A stretch of 64,000 nucleotides of DNA from Candidatus Micrarchaeota archaeon (lineage in GTDB: Archaea > Micrarchaeota > Micrarchaeia > Micrarchaeales > Micrarchaeaceae), in assembly GCA_028866905.1 (NCBI GenBank), contig JAGWHI010000002.1:7219-71218 (forward strand). Reading direction: 5' to 3'. Within the stretch, counting starts at the first letter, position 1. Every line of letters begins with the position of its first letter. The position numbers and the translations under genes are program-made. Of this stretch, positions 41,500-51,394 are shown one piece after another. A model generated the notes under the pieces. That model was not told where the DNA came from and made no database searches. It saw only the letters and a list, made by a program, of their open reading frames with translations.

Positions 41500-42633
41500 T
41501 CATATGAACGACCTGATCCTGCCGCCCATCTGGCTCGCGCCCCCTATGACGTTGGCCAGCTGGGTTATGAAGGCGTACGAGACGGTCGTTATCAGAGCAG
41601 GCCAGAACAGTATGAGAAGCCAGAAAGCGCTGAGGGAGTGCTGGGCGGAAGCGAGCGTGGTCACAAGCGGCGAGGTTGGGCTCAACGCGTTTACCTCTGC
41701 CCCTGTGCCTGCGCCGTACTTGTTGAGGGAAGCCGAGTACGCGGCCAGGTTGCTCTGCATGCTCGGCAGGGTGAAGTAGTATGCAATCGCGAAAAGCGAT
41801 GGCGTCACTAGGTAGAAGGCTATCGCTATAGCTACCATCATTCCGCCGAGCGCCCTGGTCGGGAAGAACGCCCGGAGCACTATGCCGGGCACTAGGAAGA
41901 CGGGTATCGCCGAGATGGCGAAGAACACTATGAGATAGTACTGCGCGTGGAGCGCCAGGATGCCGTCAGTCATGAGCCCGGCCAGTGTCACCGCAGGGTC
42001 TATGAAAAGCACTTGGAGTAGCAGCTTGAGCCTTCCGACGCTTGTGGCCCCTCCCTCCTCGCCCACTATTGGGAGCACCTGCCCATTGACATACAGGCTC
42101 TTCACCTCAAGGTTGTTGTAGAATTGGTCTGTTATGTAGACGTTGGTGAGCGAAGTGTACATCGTCTCAGTCCCGTTGATTGTGGATTGCAGCTGGTGGA
42201 GTATGTAGGGATATGGGCTGACGGGCCCGACAAAGACAGCAGGCAGTATGCCGAACAGCACTGCCGACAGGTAGAGGAAGAGCAGAACTATTATTCCGCT
42301 CGCCGTTGCCTCGTATATCTCGCCTATGCCGAAGTTTCGTATCCTGTCGCTCTTGAGTGCCGTGCCGATCATGAAGATTGCCGCTGCGACCAGGAAAGCG
42401 AGCATCACAGCGGTGAACGCGAGCGGAAGGTCACCGCACCATGTCTGCGCTATTTGCGAATTTATCGGCAGGTACCATGGCTCGTTCTGCGATATCTGCT
42501 GCTGGACCGACTGCGGGAGCTGGCTGCAGGACTGCTGCTGCGCTTGGCTCTGCTGAGCTGCGCCAGCCGATGCGGAAAGCGTCGCGATTATCGCAAGCGA
42601 TAGCAGCAAAAATGTTTTCTTGGACAACATCAT
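41500..42633 (-). CDS. polytopic membrane protein, paralogue family member 1 (VirB6/TrbL/CedA-like role proposed)
   Basis: Start trimmed to MMLSKKTF (ATGA overlap with the upstream stop). Signal/anchor helix, Gln-rich segment, motif GIVLRAFFPTRALGGMMVAIAIAFYLVTP. Confidence 0.65.
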   Translation of the reverse strand: MMLSKKTFLLLSLAIIATLSASAGAAQQSQAQQQSCSQLPQSVQQQISQNEPWYLPINSQIAQTWCGDLPLAFTAVMLAFLVAAAIFMIGTALKSDRIRNFGIGEIYEATASGIIVLLFLYLSAVLFGILPAVFVGPVSPYPYILHQLQSTINGTETMYTSLTNVYITDQFYNNLEVKSLYVNGQVLPIVGEEGGATSVGRLKLLLQVLFIDPAVTLAGLMTDGILALHAQYYLIVFFAISAIPVFLVPGIVLRAFFPTRALGGMMVAIAIAFYLVTPSLFAIAYYFTLPSMQSNLAAYSASLNKYGAGTGAEVNALSPTSPLVTTLASAQHSLSAFWLLILFWPALITTVSYAFITQLANVIGGASQMGGRIRSFI

Positions 42634-43817
42634 ATCACGCTTGTCAGGAGGGACATAAAGTCTATGCGTTCGCCGAAGGCCCTGGAGAAGTCCACTATGA
42701 ACGCATCCAGTATTATGAAGTTTATGAAGGGTATGAAGGTGAAGCCTGCGGCTATGAACAGCAGGGATGTCAGCAGGTTGGGATCCACGAAGTTTATGAG
42801 CGAGCACTGCGCGGCCGACTGCGTGATGGGCGCGACCACTTCAGACTGCAAAAGGCAGCCGGCCGTATTCAACAGTATGGTGAATCCAGCTTGCGTGCCG
42901 AACTGGACTATCGATAGCGCGTTCTGGGGGATCAGCGTAATTGTGGTTATGTTGGAATCTATGAAGCCATACGTTATGCTGACCAGTAGCGGGTAGATTA
43001 TCCCAAGGCCCAGGCCGAGCGCGATAAGAGTTCCGCCGAAAGACCTGGTCAGGCCGAAGGTCCTCGCCAGCAGGCCGAGGATTATGAAAAGCGCGAATAG
43101 GAACACGCTTGACGAGAGTATGAGCAATTGCACCTGGCTCAGCATTGTCAGGGTTATTATCGCCGAGTAGGATATGGAGGTCACCTGCTCCATGGACTGC
43201 GGATACAGGCTCGCGAGCCCGAAGCTGACGTTGAGTATAGAGTCGCCAGGTGGCGGGCCGAAGCCTGCAAGTGGCGACTTGGAGCCAACCTGGCTCGCGG
43301 TTGATGGTGCGGACTTGCCCACCGGCAGGTAGACGTTGAACCATATGCCAGGGGTAAGTCCAGTAACTATGGATGTGATGTACACCAGCGCAAACGACGT
43401 GTATGCGCCGCTGTTGAAGTTGCTTAGGTCGCACACCGCCAGGGTGTTGAGGCTACCTGCGGACGCGCATTGTGGCGGGATGAGCCCGACCTTCGAGAAG
43501 CCAGGCTGCGGGCTTAGCATCGTTATGTATGCTACGGAGCCGAACGCTACGAGCAGCAGCACGGACAGCAGCCCCTCGTATATCTGCGTACGCGACCAGT
43601 TCCTGGCGGCGCCGCTACCCGTTATGCCCGAGAGCATGTACACTATGGACGCTATAGCTATGACCAGGAGGACTATCGCGGTGGCCAGCGGTATCCAAGA
43701 GGTTGTGTCTATCGACGGCGTCTGCACAGGGCCCGCAGCGTAAATGACCGGCATAAGCAGCGACACCATTACGAACGCGGCCGGCAATGCCTTTGCGAGT
43801 TTAGACTGCAGCATCAT
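42630..43817 (-). CDS. polytopic membrane protein, paralogue family member 2
   Basis: Motif GLLARTFGLTRSFGGTLIALGLGLGIIYP. ATGA overlaps at both ends. Confidence 0.65.
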   Translation of the reverse strand: MMLQSKLAKALPAAFVMVSLLMPVIYAAGPVQTPSIDTTSWIPLATAIVLLVIAIASIVYMLSGITGSGAARNWSRTQIYEGLLSVLLLVAFGSVAYITMLSPQPGFSKVGLIPPQCASAGSLNTLAVCDLSNFNSGAYTSFALVYITSIVTGLTPGIWFNVYLPVGKSAPSTASQVGSKSPLAGFGPPPGDSILNVSFGLASLYPQSMEQVTSISYSAIITLTMLSQVQLLILSSSVFLFALFIILGLLARTFGLTRSFGGTLIALGLGLGIIYPLLVSITYGFIDSNITTITLIPQNALSIVQFGTQAGFTILLNTAGCLLQSEVVAPITQSAAQCSLINFVDPNLLTSLLFIAAGFTFIPFINFIILDAFIVDFSRAFGERIDFMSLLTSVI

Positions 43818-45013
43818 ATCACGTTCCTCAGCACATGTTTGGACTGCATGCTTGGCGCGCCGAGCAGCTGGCTCAGGTATTGGACGAAGTCAAGCGCGGT
43901 CAACAGCGAGAGCACCACCGCTATTATGGCGTATACCGACGGGACTATCACGTTCAGTACGAATGAGCACACGGTGTACTGGTAACCCTTGAAAAGATCT
44001 ACCATGGTCGGCAGATAGCTGGACGGGCTTGCGAATGTTATGCTGCTGCCTATGCTCTGCAGGGTGACCTGCTGCGGTGGAACGGGCGCAGCCGAGCCGA
44101 AGCATATGGTTGGCACGGCTGTTGAGAGCCCTGTTATGTCGGGCAGTGTCAGCATATAATACAGAAGCAACGGGAAGACTATATAGAAGCTGGCGAAGAG
44201 CGCTATGAACGCGCCGCCTGCGGCCCTGGTGAACGGCGTAGACCTTAAGACCACCCCGGCGAACAGGAAGAACGGGAAGACGTAGTAGAATACTGCAGGC
44301 AGCATGGATAGCGCGAGCATTGCCGCGAGAATCCCCCAGCTCACGTTGATCATTGTCGACAGCACCTGCGCTATAGCCGAAAGGCCGCTGAGCGGGGCGA
44401 CTATGAACCCGACACCGCCAGGCTTAAACGTTATGTATATTGAGCTTAGTATGTTGAGCGAGTTCTGCTCTGTAATCAGGGATATTATGCTTGAGAAAGG
44501 GTTGAGGGCGACCCCGGACAGTATATTGCAGTCTGATTGGAATACCGTAACGTTGAGCGAGGAGCCGCCGAGCGCGAACAGGCCAGATGGACCAGATATG
44601 ATATTTATTGCTGAAAATGTGCCAAGGAATACGTACACTACCGCTGCCGTTATCACTATCTCCCCCATCTCGACCTTTGCGAATCGCGTCAGCTTGTCTA
44701 TATGGAATGCGCTCCCTATGGCCCAGGCCAGCGCCATTATGCCGAGCATTACCCCGATCAGCGCAGTGGCAAGCGCTATAAGGCTGTTGAGCGCGAAAAG
44801 GTTCGACACGTCGGCGAAGCCCCTGTTGGAGGTGAAGAGCGCGTTGCATAGGGATGCCGAGCCGCCAGTCTGGCTCTGCGATTGCGTTGTGGCAGAGAAG
44901 ACTGTTGGGGAGGTCTGTGAGTACGAGCTTTGCGGCAGGGCGACCACCGCAAGCGCAGCTATCGCGATGACCGCAGCCGCGAAGCCAATGATCCCGTTTG
45001 CCACATCATTCAC
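43814..45013 (-). CDS. polytopic membrane protein, paralogue family member 3
   Basis: Motif GVVLRSTPFTRAAGGAFIALFASFYIVFP. Abuts its neighbours with a 0-4 nt gap or overlap. Confidence 0.65.
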   Translation of the reverse strand: MNDVANGIIGFAAAVIAIAALAVVALPQSSYSQTSPTVFSATTQSQSQTGGSASLCNALFTSNRGFADVSNLFALNSLIALATALIGVMLGIMALAWAIGSAFHIDKLTRFAKVEMGEIVITAAVVYVFLGTFSAINIISGPSGLFALGGSSLNVTVFQSDCNILSGVALNPFSSIISLITEQNSLNILSSIYITFKPGGVGFIVAPLSGLSAIAQVLSTMINVSWGILAAMLALSMLPAVFYYVFPFFLFAGVVLRSTPFTRAAGGAFIALFASFYIVFPLLLYYMLTLPDITGLSTAVPTICFGSAAPVPPQQVTLQSIGSSITFASPSSYLPTMVDLFKGYQYTVCSFVLNVIVPSVYAIIAVVLSLLTALDFVQYLSQLLGAPSMQSKHVLRNVI

Positions 45014-46552
45014 CTATATAAGGCGCGATAGCCCTGCCAGGGAGGTGTCGCCACCCAGCAGCCCGGAGAGGCCCAGTATCGCAGCTATCACTATCAGTAT
45101 ATTTATTATCGGCAGGAAATACGTCGATACGCCTATCATGCCATAGGCGCTCATGAATCCGTAGAACATGCCCAGCATGCCGTCGGCCGGACAGTTGTAA
45201 GGCAGCGGGAAATTTGGCGCACCCTTCTGGAACCCGAGCGCACCCACGTTCAACGATATGAAGGATATCACGTCGGGAGCCGGCACCATGGTCCACAGTA
45301 TGTCCTCCGACTCTGCCTCAACGAGGTTGCCGTCGCTTATTGTCTGCGGAAGCAATTTGTTCCCGAAGGCTGGGCCGCCAGGCCAGCAGGCGTAGTACTT
45401 CCCTATCGCCTTCATGCTCGGCTGCACGAAAAAGTTCGGCACGTATGCCGAGATGGACCTATTGGGGAAGACCGCAGTGTTGTTTGCTGCCGGGATGGCG
45501 AGCGTTGAGTTGGTGCTGGCGTTAAGCAGGCCTCCGAATCCGTACACTGATGCCGTGCTATTAGGCGAACTCGAGAACGCCGCAGCTGAACCATGGCCGA
45601 GCGCGAGATACTCTATCCCGAACACCGTGGGGTAAAATATCACCATGCCTATCGCTACAGCTATCAGGAGCCCTCCTATCTTCCGCGTCAGGAACACCGC
45701 CCTCAGCAGCAGGCCGCCGAAGATGAGGTACGGCCAGATGTATATGGACGACACTATTATGAGGAGCTGCGCCACGCTGGCCTGGAACGACAGGTCCATG
45801 AGGTAGGATATCACCTTCATCGAACTGTATATCATGTCGTAGCCGTAATAGGGCCTGAAGTCGAACTTGAGGTAGAACAAAGACTGCCCTGCATTCACGG
45901 TGGGGAAACAGCTCACCACGTTGGACCCTGGCACGCAGATTTGTATCGCCGGCCTCAGCCTTGACAGGAATCCCACGAACGAGTCCTCGACCATATAGCT
46001 GTTTAGGTTTGCCACTGACTGGTTTGTCAGGTTGGCGACCACGACACCAGTGGCGGCGAGCGGATACTCTATCTCTGCGGTGAGGCTGCTCTGCGGATAC
46101 CCGACTATGCCACACAGGCCAGGGAACGGCTGCTGCGGCGTCTGGGTCGTGCTGGGCGGCGCTGCGGCGTTTAGTACAGAATCCGCTTTGCCGAGCAGCT
46201 GCAGGTAGGTGGTATTGCTTATCTGGCTGCACAGTGACATTATTGACGACTGCGACAGCAGGCTGCCCTTGTTAAGCGACCCTTGCGCCTGGAATATCGA
46301 TGCGTACGACACAAGCGCGCCGATTATAATCATAGTAAGTATCACAGTTCCTATCAGCTGGTAGAACTCGTTCAGCGCGCCCTGCTTCGCCCCCTGGTTC
46401 CGCAGCAGCGTAGCAGCGAAGTACCATACTGCCACTATCATGGCGTCGAGCAGGAGAGCCGCTATAATCAGGGGCATTATGTCGGTCTGCACTGGCGAGA
46501 CCACAGGCAGCGCGGAGGAGGTGGCCGCCAGTAATATCTGCGATGGTGTCAT
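45014..46552 (-). CDS. polytopic membrane protein, paralogue family member 4 (longer external loop)
   Basis: Motif GLLLRAVFLTRKIGGLLIAVAIGMVIFYP. It has an extra C-terminal loop and helices. Confidence 0.65.
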   Translation of the reverse strand: MTPSQILLAATSSALPVVSPVQTDIMPLIIAALLLDAMIVAVWYFAATLLRNQGAKQGALNEFYQLIGTVILTMIIIGALVSYASIFQAQGSLNKGSLLSQSSIMSLCSQISNTTYLQLLGKADSVLNAAAPPSTTQTPQQPFPGLCGIVGYPQSSLTAEIEYPLAATGVVVANLTNQSVANLNSYMVEDSFVGFLSRLRPAIQICVPGSNVVSCFPTVNAGQSLFYLKFDFRPYYGYDMIYSSMKVISYLMDLSFQASVAQLLIIVSSIYIWPYLIFGGLLLRAVFLTRKIGGLLIAVAIGMVIFYPTVFGIEYLALGHGSAAAFSSSPNSTASVYGFGGLLNASTNSTLAIPAANNTAVFPNRSISAYVPNFFVQPSMKAIGKYYACWPGGPAFGNKLLPQTISDGNLVEAESEDILWTMVPAPDVISFISLNVGALGFQKGAPNFPLPYNCPADGMLGMFYGFMSAYGMIGVSTYFLPIINILIVIAAILGLSGLLGGDTSLAGLSRLI

Positions 46553-46561
46553 ACGTATAAC

Positions 46562-47764
46562 CTATATTCCGCTCCACAGCGGGGTTGCTCCTTCTATGCC
46601 GGCATTGAGCGCTTTCGAGAGATTTACTGCGAACGCTATCGTTATTCCGAGGTTCAACGCGAACAGCACGATCGCCTGAAATATGAATGTCGCCATTTTA
46701 GCGGTAAGGTCGTCTAGCCCGACCCACGGAGTAAGGAAGTTGCTGATGAAGTAGTTTCCCGTGAGGATGTTGCCAAGGAATCCAATGGCGTACGGGCTTA
46801 TGCTGAATCCCGGTATCGTAACTGTTGTCGCGCTGGTGGATGACACCGCCTGCTGGAAGAAGGTTGGCGGCAGATTCGATATCGAGAAGTTGAATGTGTG
46901 CAGGTACTGGTACGACGGGTTGGAGCTGCTGAACATCCATGTCATTATGTACGCGTCCATCGAGATGGTCAGCGGATAGACTATGTAGAACGCCACGGCT
47001 ATTGCTATCATTGAGTTGGCCGCGCTCCTCAATCCGCCGCCTGCGCCAGCGAACGCTATGGACCTCAGCGCAATGGCTATCGGAAGTATGATTACGAATG
47101 CGGTATATTGGGCCAGCGGTACTAATATGTATTGCAGCAACATGGCCCCAGTTGTCACTATCAGTATGGGGGAGAAGATGTCCAGATACAGCTTGCTCAG
47201 TATCGCGAAGGTGACGCCTATGTTGGTGCCTATGTACGGGGTAACGTAGACCGCGGTTCCTGCCGGCGCGCCGGACTTCAGCTTGAAAAGCGGCGTCCCT
47301 ACGTTGAACTTATTGAGGTACCCGCCAAGGGCGATGTTGAGCAACGCCTGCGCGCTGGCGTAGTAGAGCTGGCCCGTCAGCGCTGAGCTCATCGCATCCG
47401 TGTAGACCTGCGAGAGCATGCCCATTCCCGTGTTGAACGTGAGGTTGCCTATATAGTAGTCAGCGAACTGGAACGGTGACATCTGCTGGCCAGTGATCCC
47501 CTGGCTCAACGACGACGATACGCCGCACACTGTCGAGGCCGTAAGCGCGAGCACCATGATGATGACGCCGCTTATGACCATCTGGATTATCTCTCCGCGC
47601 ACCATTGAGGTAAACCTGGTCCTGATGTTTGTCGGAAGGTACCTGCTGAACATGTAGACTGCAGCGATGGTGAGCAGCCCGACCAGTATAACTGTGAAGT
47701 TGACCCCGAGCCAGCCGCTTGCGTAGGTTGAGCCACCGTACAGTGCACATGTGTCTACAGCCAT
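46562..47764 (-). CDS. polytopic membrane protein, paralogue family member 5 (divergent motif)
   Basis: Motif variant IAIALRSIAFAGAGGGLRSAANSMIAIAVAFYIVYP. Confidence 0.6.
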   Translation of the reverse strand: MAVDTCALYGGSTYASGWLGVNFTVILVGLLTIAAVYMFSRYLPTNIRTRFTSMVRGEIIQMVISGVIIMVLALTASTVCGVSSSLSQGITGQQMSPFQFADYYIGNLTFNTGMGMLSQVYTDAMSSALTGQLYYASAQALLNIALGGYLNKFNVGTPLFKLKSGAPAGTAVYVTPYIGTNIGVTFAILSKLYLDIFSPILIVTTGAMLLQYILVPLAQYTAFVIILPIAIALRSIAFAGAGGGLRSAANSMIAIAVAFYIVYPLTISMDAYIMTWMFSSSNPSYQYLHTFNFSISNLPPTFFQQAVSSTSATTVTIPGFSISPYAIGFLGNILTGNYFISNFLTPWVGLDDLTAKMATFIFQAIVLFALNLGITIAFAVNLSKALNAGIEGATPLWSGI

Positions 47765-47768
47765 TGTT

Positions 47769-50504
47769 TCACGCGAGCTTGAACTTGCCTAGCGACAGCT
47801 TGTTCCTTATCGTGCCGCCCAGCACATTTGCAATCGATTCTATAATAACGACCATTATCACCAGGTCGAAGATGAAGAGGATGAACTGAAGCAGCATCCC
47901 GAACGAGTATCTGGTCAGTGCGTTGATCGGGGGATACACGCTGGCGGCCTGCGGCAGCAGGTAATAGCCGTTGGTCTGCTCGGAGTACCCGCAGAACGAC
48001 CCGAATATGGTCGATATGCCGTCCTGCCATCCCGGCCCTGACGACGGGGAGCCCGCATAACTGTACACCGCCTGCGCGCCGGATACGAAGGGCCAGAGCA
48101 CGGGTATGTTTCCGCAAGGCAGCGGAGGGTTCGGTGGGTTCTGCAGCATCAGGAACGAAGTTGCGTAGTTTGTCAGCGGGATATTGAAGAGCAGCATCAG
48201 CGTCGGGTATATTATCGATATCCCTATGCCTAGCGCTATCATCGTGCCGCCCACTGGCCTGAGGAACGGGAATGCCCTTAGCACTATGCCGATAGGCAGC
48301 AGTATTCCGAGCCCTATGAACGCCATGAGCGGGAGCAGGCTGAGCTGTATCGAGGCGAGCAGCATCACAGGCACTATGATAAGCGAGAGCATCGATGTCA
48401 GGAATGATATGCCGCCAGTATCGCCGCTGTCAAGCACAGTGTTTTGGTAGATGTATTGCTTGTAGACCCCGAAAGTCACGTCCACGAGATTGGGGTACGG
48501 GGGCGGCAATATCGGATAGTCCGCATACACATCTATCTGCAGCGACTTGATCGCCGAGTAGGCGAGCGATATGCCTAGCGATTCGCTGAATGCCGACTGC
48601 GCGGCCAGGGACTGGGGCAGCAGGTACTGGTTTGCGACAGCCGCATAGAGGTTGCCAAGATTCGTTGCAAGGGAAGCGGACTGGGCGACCGTGCTGTTGG
48701 AATACAGGCCTGACGGCTGCTGCGGAGTTATGCCGACCAGGCTGACAGCGACACTGCCAAGTATCACTATGACGGAAAACACTATCGCTATCACGAAGAG
48801 GCTCTTCGTCGCCTCCCAGAGCTCGGTCTTGTACCAGTTCTTGAGCCCCTCGACCCTCAGCACCTCTCCCACCATGTAGGCTATAGCGACGAACAGTAGC
48901 GACAGCATAAGGCCTATGAATGCGAATGGCAGCGCGCTTGTCACGCATTGGCCGAAGAATTGCGGGAATATCTGGAATGTTCCGCCGACCGCCCTGCCGA
49001 AACTGCTGAAGCTACACGCCTGTGTTATGCCCGCGCCAGTAACGTTGACGGGCATACCCTGTATCACTGTGAGGGTCGCCGATTCCGTATTTACGCCGTC
49101 GCTTGCCGTGATCGTGTGCGTGCCTGGCGTGGTGTTTACGCCCTTCGTGGTGTTCGCGACGGCCAGGGAATAGTTGAAGGAGCTCTGGAATGCTGAGCTT
49201 ACCGGTATCTTGGCGATTAGCTTGCCGTCGTACTTAAGGGTTATGTTTGTCGCAAGCGCGGAAAATCCGCTGCCGGAGATCGTAACGCTGCCGCCCCAAT
49301 ACGATGACGTGGGACTGATGGTTAACGATGGCGTGACATTGAAGTACGCTACCGCAAAAGGCGGAGGCGCTGATGGGGTGGGCCCTTGGGTCGGTGTTGC
49401 TGTAGCGGATTGCGTTGTCGGCGTAGCGTTCGATGTCCCGACTTGGGCCACTATCTCGTGCTTCCCTGAGCCTGACTGGGGAATAGGGAACACAGCCACG
49501 AACGAGCCAGGCAAAGGATCAGAAGTGGAGTTGGTTACCACCTTCTGCGGTATTGTTGCTGCCTCAACGCCATCGTATGTTATGTTAACAATCGCAGACG
49601 CAGGGAACCATACCCCAGATATTACTGCCACAGTTCCTACATGGCCCTTCGACGGCGTTACGGTTATGTACGGCGTCGGTATTGGGCCTACGGGCTGCTT
49701 CTGTGTCGTGTATAGGCCAGACCAGACCGGCTCCCCCTGCTGCGTAAATGTGAGGTTGGATCCGACAACGAACCCGTTCGTCCTGTTGCCTATCTCTCCG
49801 ACACCGAACGGATAGCTCTGCTGCACCGATTGCGCGGTTGTGTAGACGCTTCCGTTGCTTACGGGAACGAAGGCCGTACCGTTGTAATAGCTTACGTTAG
49901 TGAACTCGACGACCTTGAGCAGTTCCCCTGTGGCGTTCGTGCCATTGTACTCCACTGAAGCGACCGGCTGGCCGCCTGAGGATTTGGTAGCGTTGATCGT
50001 TGCGCTGCCTATCTGCGCGCCGTTGAAGTACACGCTCCAGCGGTTTCCGTTCGCCTTTATCGCGTAGCTGTTAATCGTGCCGTCCGGGCCTGCGGATCCG
50101 TCTGGCCCGTAATTCGTATAAACCTGCTGGCCGGACCCAGGCTGGTAGCTCCAGAACCAGGCAGCCTGTCCGTGGGTTAGGTGCACAGTCCCGGTGCATC
50201 CGAGCGCGCTGCAGCCGGTCGGGAACTGGCCGGTCTGGTTTGGGAAAAGGTAACCCGCCTTTATAGAGGCGCCGTTTGATAGCGATTCGCCGATCCATGC
50301 GCTGGTCGTGTTGCCCTGCTGGCCCAGGTTCTGCACCACAGTGACTATGTTGGTGCTCGCGCCGTAGTTCGGTGAGCTCCCGTTCGCGAATATGCCAGTC
50401 TGCACATCCTGGGGGGATGATGAATTCGCGTATGCGCTGTTCGAGAGGAGCGCGAGCAGCACGACTGCCGCTAAAAGTAGCGAGGCTCCCTCCCTGACAG
50501 GCAT
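47769..50504 (-). CDS. 911-aa fusion of a signal peptide plus ectodomain of about 500 aa (lectin-like N-domain and two IPT/Ig-like modules) with a C-terminal membrane domain, paralogue family member 6
   Basis: Signal LLLAAVVLLALLSNSAYA. Ig-like modules TVTPSKGHVGTVAVISGVWFPASAIVNITYDG and LTISPTSSYWGGSVTISGSGFSALATNITLKYDG. Membrane part carries GIVLRAFPFLRPVGGTMIALGIGISIIYP. Confidence 0.7.
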   Translation of the reverse strand: MPVREGASLLLAAVVLLALLSNSAYANSSSPQDVQTGIFANGSSPNYGASTNIVTVVQNLGQQGNTTSAWIGESLSNGASIKAGYLFPNQTGQFPTGCSALGCTGTVHLTHGQAAWFWSYQPGSGQQVYTNYGPDGSAGPDGTINSYAIKANGNRWSVYFNGAQIGSATINATKSSGGQPVASVEYNGTNATGELLKVVEFTNVSYYNGTAFVPVSNGSVYTTAQSVQQSYPFGVGEIGNRTNGFVVGSNLTFTQQGEPVWSGLYTTQKQPVGPIPTPYITVTPSKGHVGTVAVISGVWFPASAIVNITYDGVEAATIPQKVVTNSTSDPLPGSFVAVFPIPQSGSGKHEIVAQVGTSNATPTTQSATATPTQGPTPSAPPPFAVAYFNVTPSLTISPTSSYWGGSVTISGSGFSALATNITLKYDGKLIAKIPVSSAFQSSFNYSLAVANTTKGVNTTPGTHTITASDGVNTESATLTVIQGMPVNVTGAGITQACSFSSFGRAVGGTFQIFPQFFGQCVTSALPFAFIGLMLSLLFVAIAYMVGEVLRVEGLKNWYKTELWEATKSLFVIAIVFSVIVILGSVAVSLVGITPQQPSGLYSNSTVAQSASLATNLGNLYAAVANQYLLPQSLAAQSAFSESLGISLAYSAIKSLQIDVYADYPILPPPYPNLVDVTFGVYKQYIYQNTVLDSGDTGGISFLTSMLSLIIVPVMLLASIQLSLLPLMAFIGLGILLPIGIVLRAFPFLRPVGGTMIALGIGISIIYPTLMLLFNIPLTNYATSFLMLQNPPNPPLPCGNIPVLWPFVSGAQAVYSYAGSPSSGPGWQDGISTIFGSFCGYSEQTNGYYLLPQAASVYPPINALTRYSFGMLLQFILFIFDLVIMVVIIESIANVLGGTIRNKLSLGKFKLA

Positions 50505-50538
50505 GCTAGAGTTTCCAAGACAAGGTATTTATCCCTGA

Positions 50539-51273
50539 TTATCGCTTGAGCAGGGGGAATTTCTTCATGTACATCTGGCTCTGCAGCACCACTATGAACG
50601 GCAGTATGAAGAGCCCGTTGAACACCAGGAGCGCATACCTTGAGGCCGCTGTCCCGCCGAACGCAATGAAGAGCAGGTCGAACACGCTCACGAGCAGTAT
50701 GACCACTACAATCCAGAGCAGAGTGTAGTCGAGGCGCTTCGCGAAGAAGTTGGCGCTCGCCTGCATGGCGTGCACCAGGCGCTTCTCGTCTATCACAATG
50801 GAAGACGGCGCGTAGAGGAAGAACGGGAAGGCGATCAGCGCTATTATTGAGGTGACCACCCCAGTCAGCGACGGGACAACCGCATAGGAGGCCATGGCGG
50901 CGAGAACTATTATTATAGTGTAGAGCAGGAGGGCCAGGAAGACCTTGCCCGTGTACTTCTCGAGGCTCCTTATCACGTCGCTCTTTATCTTGGTGCTCGT
51001 CCTCGTGTGCTTGACCACCACGTTTATCATCACCATGGCGAAGCTGAAGAAGAGCAGCGAGAAGAGAGTTGCGGCCACTATGACGGCAGTGTCTGCCAGG
51101 CTCAGGCTTCCCAGGCTAGCCAGCCTGACGAAGGTTCCGCCGACGTCGTTGTACGTCGGGAAGGCCGCGAAGAGCGGTATGAGGAGCGCTATCACGAACG
51201 ACAGCGAGAAGAGCAGCAGGAGCTTTATGTTGCCGAGGTAGGTGTTGACCGCGTGCATGACTACGTTCGCCAT
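50539..51273 (-). CDS. polytopic membrane protein (244 aa), first gene of the minus-strand operon
   Basis: Six hydrophobic helices with no family motif. A TATA-like TTTTATACC lies about 30 nt upstream on the minus strand. Confidence 0.55.
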   Translation of the reverse strand: MANVVMHAVNTYLGNIKLLLLFSLSFVIALLIPLFAAFPTYNDVGGTFVRLASLGSLSLADTAVIVAATLFSLLFFSFAMVMINVVVKHTRTSTKIKSDVIRSLEKYTGKVFLALLLYTIIIVLAAMASYAVVPSLTGVVTSIIALIAFPFFLYAPSSIVIDEKRLVHAMQASANFFAKRLDYTLLWIVVVILLVSVFDLLFIAFGGTAASRYALLVFNGLFILPFIVVLQSQMYMKKFPLLKR

Positions 51274-51361
51274 GGTATCTGACTACTATTGCATCAAAAG
51301 GTATAAAATACGGCGGTCATAATGGTTGCGCCTGCGCGCACATACGACGAAAAATACAGCA

Positions 51362-51375
51362 ATATATAAATATTA
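51362..51375 (+). promoter_or_regulatory. TATA box ATATATAAATATTA about 27 nt upstream of the ATG at 51395
   Basis: The position and composition fit an archaeal promoter driving a leaderless or near-leaderless mRNA for the repeat protein. Confidence 0.4.
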
Positions 51376-51394
51376 TCTATGCGGCTATTTTATC

